Of a stretch of DNA of 64,000 nucleotides, positions 54,301 to 64,000 are shown piece by piece. The translations under genes were made by a program, and so were the position numbers. A model generated the notes under the pieces. It worked only from the letters and a program-made list of their open reading frames with translations, was not told where the DNA came from and searched no databases. This DNA comes from Eledone cirrhosa (taxonomy: Eukaryota), in the NCBI GenBank assembly GCA_964016885.1, contig OZ024743.1, positions 179,118,001 to 179,182,000 on the forward strand, in the 5' to 3' direction. Within the stretch, counting starts at the first letter, position 1. Each line of letters starts with the position of its first letter.

Positions 54301-55975
54301 GTAAAATTCAATCAATTTTTCAAAATACATTAAAAAATATAATATAAATATTTACCTCTTCTAGTGGCCCTTACTGATCAGTTTCGCTTTGTAAAACCTC
54401 ATAAATCCGATGGATTTATGATGGAAAACCAAAGCTCATCAGAGAAGCATTTTCCCTTCCTAGGGCTAAACGTCCCAGGAACGACAAAATATACAACCTC
54501 CTGCCAGCTAATAAAGGTCTGAAAGGTCGTAAAAGTGACCCGTATGTAAACTGGACCGAAGTAAAAGCGGGAAAATCAAAGACTTGCTGTCTACAATTAC
54601 TACTAAAAAAAATAGCAGCCAAGTAAAGCAACAGATTTGTTCTCAACGGACGGAGAAAAAGGTAGAAGTTAATATGTCCAGGGATACTAGGTACCCCTAG
54701 AAATACATAGGTTGTCTATGATTCAGGGTTGTTCAATGGTGTTAATTTGATACACCAGAACTTTAATATTAAGATAAGCAGAACAAGTAAAATTCAATCA
54801 ATTTTTCAAAATACATTAAAAAATATAATATAAATATTTACCTCTTCTAGTGGCCCTTACTGATTAGTTTCGCTTTGTAAAACCTCATAAATCCGATGGA
54901 TTTATGATGGAAAACCAAAGCTCATCAGAGAAGCATTTTCCCTTCCTAGGGCTAAACGTCCCAGGAACGACAAAATATACAACCTCCTGCCAGCTAATAA
55001 AGGTCTGAAAGGTCGTAAAAGTGACCCGTATGTAAACTGGACCGAAGTAAAAGCGGGAAAATCAAAGACTTGCTGTCTACAATTACTACTAAAAAAAATA
55101 GCAGCCAAGTAAAGCAACAGATTTGTTCTCAACGGACGGAGAAAAAGGTAGAAGTTAATATGTCCAGGGATACTAGGTACCCCTAGAAATACATAGGTTG
55201 TCTATGATTCAGGGTTGTTCAATGGTGTTAATTTGATACACCAGAACTTTAATATTAAGATAAGCAGAACAAGTAAAATTCAATCAATTTTTCAAAATAC
55301 ATTAAAAAATATAATATAAATATTTACCTCTTCTAGTGGCCCTTACTGATCAGTTTCGCTTTGTAAAACCTCATAAATCCGATGGATTTATGATGGAAAA
55401 CCAAAGCTCATCAGAGAAGCATTTTCCCTTCCTAGGGCTAAACGTCCCAGGAACGACAAAATATACAACCTCCTGCCAGCTAATAAAGGTCTGAAAGGTC
55501 GTAAAAGTGACCCGTATGTAAACTGGACCGAAGTAAAAGCGGGAAAATCAAAGACTTGCTGTCTACAATTACTACTAAAAAAAATAGCAGCCAAGTAAAG
55601 CAACAGATTTGTTCTCAACGGACGGAGAAAAAGGTAGAAGTTAATATGTCCAGGGATACTAGGTACCCCTAGAAATACATAGGTTGTCTATGATTCAGGG
55701 TTGTTCAATGGTGTTAATTTGATACACCAGAACTTTAATATTAAGATAAGCAGAACAAGTAAAATTCAATCAATTTTTCAAAATACATTAAAAAATATAA
55801 TATAAATATTTACCTCTTCTAGTGGCCCTTACTGATCAGTTTCGCTTTGTAAAACCTCATAAATCCGATGGATTTATGATGGAATACCAAAGCTCATCAG
55901 AGAAGCATTTTCCCTTCCTAGGGCTAAACGTCCCAGGAACGACAAAATATACAACCTCCTGCCAGCTAATAAAGG
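48370..55975 (-). repeat. Tandem array of 486-bp hammerhead-containing monomers (15 complete plus 1 partial), retrozyme-like
   Basis: The 486-bp period is shown by repeated ORFs at 48507, 48993, 49479 and onward to 55874. Units are near-identical, flanked by (TA)n, and each has one hammerhead. Confidence 0.9.
48456..48540 (-). ncRNA. Type I hammerhead ribozyme (first of 16 copies in the array)
   Basis: GCUUCU-CUGAUGA-GCUUUG-[GUUUUCCA-UCAUAAAUCC-AUC-GGAUUUAUGA-GGUUUUA]-CAAAGC-GAAAC-UGAUCA-GUA|AGGG. The core is canonical and the predicted cut is between 48463 and 48462. Confidence 0.8.
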
Positions 55976-55989
55976 TATATATATATATA

Positions 55990-56757
55990 TATTGGTAAAA
56001 GAAAAAGAAAATGCTGACAAATTGTTCCCAGTGAAAAATAGTTTAATTAGGAATAAGTAAAAATTAGTAATAATCATTGGTTAGTATTCAGTTTTGGTTT
56101 TCAGTTTTTACCGGTTGCGCATTTCTAATGCTTTTCAAAAATAATTTTGAGATAGAGCGCCCGTGATATTTGCTCTAATCTGATTAGTTTTGGAAATTCT
56201 ACCTGTTTTATGTGAAAAAAGTGGCTCCAGATGTATTAAAATATGTTTCGCGCCGACACACACACATACATATACGCACACATGCATTGCACACTGATGG
56301 GCACATACATATTTGTACACAAGTATTCCAATACGGTAGGGCCTAATGGATCCCCCTTGCAGTACGTACAATCTGGACACTCAGACACACCTTGGTGTTA
56401 TGACAATACTATATATCATTTCACACCTTTTATTATTAAGGTTTTTGATGTTCTATTGAGAGAATCGTTCTTACTGAAAATATCGTATAATGTACACCAT
56501 TTTTACCAGTATCACAAAAATACTGGTCCACCCACACACACACACATACATACACACATACACACACACACATATATATACACATACACATACACACGCG
56601 TACACTAACATACAAAGAGACATATAGACAAACACACACACACACACTTCTCCGTATAAGACAAGAGCAGAAAAATATCTTTTAACATGTTAAAATATCC
56701 CCCACAAACATACAGACACATTCCTACTGACCGATCCCTCTACCACGAATTACTCTG

Positions 56758-56832
<75 letters not shown>

Positions 56833-57359
56833 TCTTAATAGGCACCTGAACTGTTGACCTCTCAACATGACTGCAATTCACACACACATCCCTACTGACC
56901 ATTATCACAACAATGAACATCTTTACTACTACACACACACACACACATATTTTCTTAAAAGACTTATTTTTCAGTGACTTCTCAATCAGCCGAGACAAAC
57001 ATACATTTGGCGCAAAATCAATTTTTAACATTCACATGACCTCTACCGACCAATCAAAATTGTTTTGACCACAAGAATCTTTGCAACACGAATTGGCGCT
57101 AAACTTATTTTAATACATCTGGAGCCACTTTTTTCACATAAAACAGGTAGAATCCCCAAAACTAATCAGATTAGAGCAAACATCATGGGCGCTCTAGCTC
57201 AAAATTATTTTTGAAAAGTATTAGAAATGCGCAACCGATAAAAACTTAAAACCAAAACTGAATACTAACCAATACTTATTACTAATTTTTACTTATTCCT
57301 AATTAAACTATTTTTCACTGGGAACAATTTGTCAGTATTTTCTTTTCCTTTTACCAATA
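55990..57359. mobile_element. Element with ~265-bp inverted repeats (MITE/foldback-like)
   Basis: 55990-56256 is the reverse complement of 57093-57359. The interior is non-coding and (CA)n-rich, with TA at both ends. Confidence 0.65.
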
Positions 57360-57983
57360 TATCATAACTCGTGTTACACGTCTATTTTTTTAGTAATCGC
57401 GTAAAGCGAGGGGGACAAGTGAACAACATAAAGGATAAAAACAAACAAAAGAAAGGAAATAAACAAGCAACATGGTATTCCTGGTCAGCATAAGCTGGGT
57501 GGATTTCATGAGCGAAAGGTACAGACGTCCGACGTGAGTGAGATAGAAGCAAGAAAGGCCCACTGTTAGCCAAACGGGAGGAAGTGAGAAGGGGAGAAAC
57601 AGAGAGTGAGTGAGTGGAAGTGCGAGGAAGCGGTCAGTCGAGAGAAAGTGTAACTGACAGAGGGGGCCAAAGAAGGTGACAGAAACAGAGAGAGCGGGGA
57701 AGCAGTAAGAGAGAAACAGACAAACGCAGCGAGGTAAATATATATTTTAAAAAATAAGAAGAAAGAAGAATACTGCGTGGTTTGCACATGGGTTACATAT
57801 GATAAAAATAGTCCTTCGTCAGTGATTTGCCAACCATCATTGGTATTACATCGCATTAAAAATCAGATACCTCAGGTTGGTGCGAGCAATAAGCTAAAAA
57901 AAGTTATTGGGACCAGTAATCGCGTAAAGCGAGGGGGACAAGTGAACAACATAGAAGGATAAAAACAAACCAAATTTATATAT

Positions 57984-58061
<78 letters not shown>

Positions 58062-58067
<6 letters not shown>

Positions 58068-58420
58068 ATACTTGGGGAGGGTCATATTTGTGTAATATTG
58101 CCAGAATTAATAACAGAACACACTCACTGTTTGGTTGGTTTTCGCTTTTCGCTTCTGTGTCTTTTATATCGGTAATCTAATTTATTCGGTCCTCAATGTT
58201 GCCATTGACTGACCAACGGTCAAAAATAATACAGATACAATATAGACACGAACACATATATATAGTTTATCAAAGTTCTTTCGTTGCACATCTGCAACTA
58301 CCTCAGTGGTGCTATTGTTTCCTGCCGTTGCATTGTATTTTCTACGCCATCTTTATTTAGTCTGTTTATATATTTATTTATTAGTTTATTTTATTTTGTC
58401 TTCTTTGCGCATGTACTATA
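58062..58420 (-). mobile_element. Terminal-repeat fragment related to PLE family C, with a decayed hammerhead
   Basis: Starts with ATTGTTATACTTGGGGAGGGTCAT, like 44453 and 45298. 58268-58310 on the minus strand reads CUGAGGU-A-GUUGCA-GAUG-UGCAAC-GAAAGAACU. Confidence 0.5.
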
Positions 58421-58859
58421 CGAACATGCCAGACAATAACACGAAGGTAACATAGACAACATAGAAATTAGAATAATATCTAAACATAGAAATGACCCAG
58501 CCGATAGGCAAATCAGAGAGGCCAGTTAAATAGAACTTAGAAGGCCAAGGCTAAACAGAAAGAATGAATGGAATAACAACAACACCCAAACAAACAACAC
58601 TGACCTAAGAGAAGTATAAATAAATAAATAGATAAATAAATAAATAAATACATACACAAGCACAATAACAACAAACACATATAAACACACACTAGTAAAG
58701 ATAGAATACATTAATCAATACACAATCACCCAATCACGAACACACATAAAACAAAACACTATACACACACGCAAACGCATGTACATTGACGATCTAACCA
58801 CCCAGGCTCTATACTCAAGAACTTAGTATATAATATTTCTTTTAAACTTTCTAAATTAT

Positions 58860-60180
58860 CTTGCAATGAAGATATATTTTATAATAATGCTCCCTTCTAC
58901 AACGAGGCCTTAACTAGAAGTGGATATAAAGAAAAAATCTCATATATCCCCAACACTACTATGGACCAAAACATAAAACCTAACAAAAACTACAAACACC
59001 AAAAAGTACCATTGAAACAAATACCTAAAGTGGTTATTCCTATTACACCAAACAACCGAAAAACCACAACAACTATTACTACACGATCTATGACCAATGT
59101 TATCAGCCCACATATGAATACCAAGCACTCAAAATCTCATAATCTACCCAAAAATAACACCAAATACAACCACGATGATTTACCAAATTCCACAAATAAG
59201 GACACTAACCACAGGAACTCTTCTAGAACACAACACAATAATATAAGGGATAATAAAAACTTAACTAAAAACCGCAAAAGAAACATAACATGGTACAACG
59301 CACCCTTCAACCTGCAAACTATTGGACAAATCCCCCAAAAATTATTTGAAATACTACATAAACATTTTCCACCAAACCACAGATACCACCAAATATTTAA
59401 CAAATATACTCTTAAATTCTCATACTCTACATCAACAATCTCAAACAAAAAATAAGCAGCTACAACATTTATAAACTTAAAAATAATATGACTACACGAC
59501 CGCAACATAATTTAAATAGGACTGCACCTTTTAAAAAGACAAATAATACAATCCTTCAACCTAGAAAACACATCCACCCAAATCATAAACACAAAAACAA
59601 ATGAACACAAAATCACAATACAACCCTAGCACCAAACCACCAACAAAGCAACCTTCATTCTCCTGCTATCATTAATTACAATAGGAATAGCTCAAGGATA
59701 AATGAGAATAGTATAGGCACCCCCCAAAACCATCTTACGTATGGCTGTAATTGTAGAAATAGAAGCATTTGCCCCTTAAATGGAAACTGTTTGGTTAATA
59801 ATGTAGTATATAAATGCACTGCATCTACTACTGACTCCAACAAAACATATATAGGATCTACATCAAACACATTTAGGAAAATATTTTACGCACACTCTAG
59901 TAGTTTCAACAATACTAAACTAGCTAACACTACATCTTTAGATGAAGCGGTAAATAATTATAAAAAGGAAAAAAATAGATTTTAAGTTATTCGTGGAACA
60001 CCATTGTACAAAGAACTCCATATCTTGGAAACAGGAGGGAATGCGGATTATGTTCAGGAGAGATCTTGGAAATTACTAAATCTAAGGACGATTTATAAAA
60101 TAAAAGACAGGAATTGATCATAGTCTGTAATCATCGTATACGAAAAACATTTAAATACTATAAACCTAATTAAATATTCT
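58860..60180 (+). pseudogene. Degenerate PLE family D RT thumb and GIY-YIG endonuclease
   Basis: FYNEAL.RSGY, RKRNITWYNAPF, KHFP..IFNK..FSYS, CNCR..CPLNGNCL, VVYKC..TYIGST. Contains stops, frameshifts and low-complexity N/T/K linkers. Confidence 0.8.
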
Positions 60181-60414
60181 AAATAGCAACTCACTATAAT
60201 TACGTATAGAATAACATTTATTAGCACCTCTTTCCCTTAATTATATGCTTTCATGCTTATTTTTGCCTTTTAATGTTTTAGCTTCCTTAGATTTATGCGT
60301 TAATGACTAAAGGCAACGAGATACACAGCCACCCGTAATTGCATGAGTGAAAATAAACATCTATGAATGATATGGAAATATATTTATGCGTGTATATATT
60401 TGTGTATATATATA

Positions 60415-61140
60415 TATCTATCTATCTAAGGCGGGTAAAACTCCCGAGATCCATGGACGAGTTCTCTCCAGCGGTGTCTGTCCCTCATTATCGCTGCCAT
60501 GTCCTGCATCTCCAACAGACCAGTGTCTGTCCTTAGGGCATCAACATATGTTAACCTTGGTCTTCCTCTTCTAGTGTGTCCATGTAGGGGCTCCCAAAGG
60601 AGTACTGAATGCAATGTCAACTCTGGATGTCGGTGAGCATGTCCAGCTAACCTCAGTCTCCTCTGTGTCACTTTTGAGCTGACTTTTGGGATGCTCCCAT
60701 ACAGTGAAGGAGGCAGAGGATTTGATGCGGGAGGTTGAGACTGTGTCGATGAGTGTGGGGCTGAGAATGAATGAGACTAAAACAAAATATCTGGTAGAGA
60801 ATGTTGAGAAGCCAGAGGGGATCACTAATGTAGGCGGGAAGCCGCTGGAATTGGTTGAGGACTTCCTGTATTTGGGAGCAAAGATTGGGAATACGGAAGA
60901 TGATGTGGTTGAGAGGAAGAGCAAGGCCTGGGCGGCGTGCCACAGTTTGAGATCGGTGTTGAAGTCGGACCTTCGTAGAGACCTGAAAATCCGCCTCTTC
61001 ATTGCTGTAGTGGAGTCTGTTCTGCTGTATGGGTCTGAGACTTGGACACTGACCAAGAAACTCACTCAGATGGTGAATGGGTGCTACACGAGAATGCTGA
61101 GGATGGCTCTGAACATTAATCAGTATACACTGAGGATATA
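60415..61140. mobile_element. RTE-clade LINE 3' fragment with 5' inversion
   Basis: Minus 60671-60426 encodes RRLRLAGH..RRGRPRLTY..W followed by a (TAGA)n tail. Plus 60672-61138 encodes [29 protein letters not shown]. Confidence 0.85.
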
Positions 61141-61288
61141 TATATATATATATATGTTTATGTATGTGTATAAGTGTATATATGTACATGCTTGTGTATG
61201 TATGTGTATGTGTGTATGTATGTATAAGTATATGTATGTATATGTGTGTATATATGTATATATATATATATGGGTGTGTAAATATATG

Positions 61289-61333
<45 letters not shown>

Positions 61334-61342
61334 ATGTGTATG

Positions 61343-61420
<78 letters not shown>

Positions 61421-61618
61421 GTGTATATATGTGTTTGTGTCTGTGTATATGTGAGCACAGGTGTATGGAGTATAGGTGTATAGGTTTATATATGAGTATG
61501 TGCACATGTAAGGGGAGTGTACATATGCTCACACAAGTGTGTATATATATATACATATATGTGTGTGTGTGTTGTATATGTATATATATATGTGTGTGTA
61601 TGTATATGTATATATATG

Positions 61619-61661
<43 letters not shown>

Positions 61662-61756
61662 TATGTGTATGTATATGTATATATGTGTATATGTGTATGT
61701 ATGTATGTATGTATGTATGTATGTATGTATGTATGTATGTATGTATGTATGTATGT

Positions 61757-62962
61757 CAGGTCACCAGTTGGTGCTACTGGTAACATGTATCCCAGTACAA
61801 CCTGTCTCATGGTCGGGTCGTTGGCGACTAAACTGGCAACCCCACCAAGGTTTCTTGGTGAGGAGGGTGACTTTGGACATCCTGCAGGACTAAAAACAAA
61901 ACCTGTCAAAGGGCAAGGGAGCTCTTAAGAGTCAATAGCCATCCAAAATCACCGGGAGAGATGACCCCTTAGCCTTTGTCAAGGCAGAATTCTAGGAGAA
62001 GGAAAACTCTGATATAACACCTGCAACCCTGATGGTATCCAATGATGTTGACTTGTTCTTCTTTTTGGTAAATATCATCTTGGTTAAGAGAGTGGGACTG
62101 GCTTTGTGCAGTGCCTTTGCTCACTATAAAAGCTTCACAGCACAGGCATTGCTTTATATCTGGAGATCTCTCTGCACTTGTCATCACATGGTACCATGGG
62201 CCCTGCACTATGTGTCAATAATGGTCACAAGTGTAGTCTTTGTACCAGAGTTTTCAAGTCGCTGGCTGGACTAAAAAGTCACATTCGTTCAGCGCATCGG
62301 TAGGGGTTCTCCTACATGGATATAAAGTAGTGGCCGTACTCGAAAACGAGTTGGCAGCCACCATGTATGTATGTATGTAACATGTATCCCAGTACAACCT
62401 GTCTCATGGTCGGGTCGTTGGCGACTAAACTGGCAACCCCACCAAGGTTTCTTGGTGAGGAGGGTGACTTTGGACATCCTGCAGGACTAAAAACAAAACC
62501 TGTCAAAGGGCAAGGGAGCTCTTAAGAGTCAATAGCCATCCAAAATCACCGGGAGAGATGACCCCTTAGCCTTTGTCAAGGCAGAATTCTAGGAGAAGGA
62601 AAACTCTGATATAACACCTGCAACCCTGATGGTGTCCAATGATGTTGACTTGCTCTTCTTTTTGGTAAATATCATCTTGGTTAAGAGAGTGGGACTGGCT
62701 TTGTGCAGTGCCTTTGCTCACTATAAAAGCTTCACAGCACAGGCATTGCTTTATATCTGGAGATCTCTCTGCACTTATCATCACATGGTACCATGGGCCC
62801 TGCACTATGTGTCAATAATGGTCACAAGTGTAGTCTTTGTACCAGAGTTTTCAAGTCGCTGGCTGGACTAAAAAGTCAGATTCGTTCAGCGCATCGGTAG
62901 GGGTTCTCCTACATGGATATAAAGTAGTGGCCGTACTCGAAAACGAGTTGGCAGCCACCATG
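61757..62962. repeat. 597-bp tandem duplication of a probable RTE 5'-UTR-derived fragment in (TATG)n
   Basis: ORF pairs 61969/62566 and 62032/62629 are offset by 597 bp. The unit contains CTAGGAGAAGGAAAACTCTGA, a motif I associate with RTE 5' UTRs (family call tentative). Confidence 0.6.
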
Positions 62963-63002
62963 TATGTGTCTATATGTATGTACATGTATATATGTATGTA
63001 TA

Positions 63003-63075
<73 letters not shown>

Positions 63076-64000
63076 GTATGTTTACATGTGTATGTATCTG
63101 TACATGTATATGTGTATATGGGGGTATAGATGTGTATGTGTGGATACAGATATGTATGGATATGTATATATATGATTATATGCATACATGTGTATGTATA
63201 TTTAGGTTTGCATCTATTTGCACGTATGTATATGTTGGTTAGATATCAATATAACTGTACCTCTCTCTATATGTGGTGTGAATATATGCACTTTTTAGAC
63301 TATGAAATTTATGTGTTTTAACTATGCCAACATGTACTTATCTGAGTTTGATTGTTTATGCATAAACATACTTAGTAATATTTTAGAGCGTATAATATGT
63401 TATATTATACTGATGCAATTTACCACACCGTACTATATTCTGTTGGTTAAGTTATATATTATCGCATTACTATATCACATTATCTAATTATAATTTTCAT
63501 CTTTTAATATACTATCTTTCCTAGCCATGACATTAATTTATATTCACCTTAACACTCAATACAACACTAATCCCCATTTATTTTGACATTCCTTTTAAAT
63601 TCACTATACAAGATACATTCAACTATCAGTTTGACAATCCCCTTCCTTCCTAATAGATTTTTATGCCATTTCTACTAACACCTTTCAACCATTCCTTTCA
63701 AAGGGTCATGACCTCAACTAAAGTGTATTACTTTTCATCTTAACACCATATGAAAAAAACAATTTGATTCGTTAGTTCTTCAACTACCTCCAAATATGGA
63801 CATGATACTAATTCTGAGTAACATTATTATTGAATAAAATTATTATTGCTTTTGAAAACCGCTAGTGATATGCATGTAAGTAAATATACTCTCTATCTGA
63901 TAGTTTGTAAACTTACATAGATCAATAACTGAGTAAAGATACAATGTATTATCTAGAAACGATCGTAAAGCAGTGAAGTATATCTCTAATGACTTGATTT

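Noticed and set aside
48370-55975. Array as CRISPR, 5S rDNA, snRNA or tRNA cluster
   Set aside because: There are no unique spacers and no recognisable 5S, snRNA or tRNA sequence in the monomer.

Overview
This is repeat-saturated eukaryotic DNA with no recognisable host gene. The SINE types and (TA)n/(GATA)n microsatellite density suggest a cephalopod (Octopus-like) genome; that is inference. The left third holds a degenerate ~20-bp GTGAGGTAGATAGTG(G/T)GGTG satellite and several Tx1/L1-clade LINE fragments whose 3' ends all sit in GATA/TCTA motifs. The right two-thirds hold (TA)n tracts colonised by Penelope-like elements (RT + GIY-YIG), a Helitron remnant, RTE fragments, SINEs and many short fold-back inversions. 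The main observation is a 7.6-kb array (48370-55975) of about 15.5 near-identical non-coding 486-bp monomers between (TA)n tracts. Each monomer carries a type I hammerhead ribozyme motif on the minus strand, so the array looks like a retrozyme/circular-RNA-derived element. Several other distinct hammerhead motifs, some with variant cores, occur across the window. All folds and translations were read by eye and boundaries are approximate.
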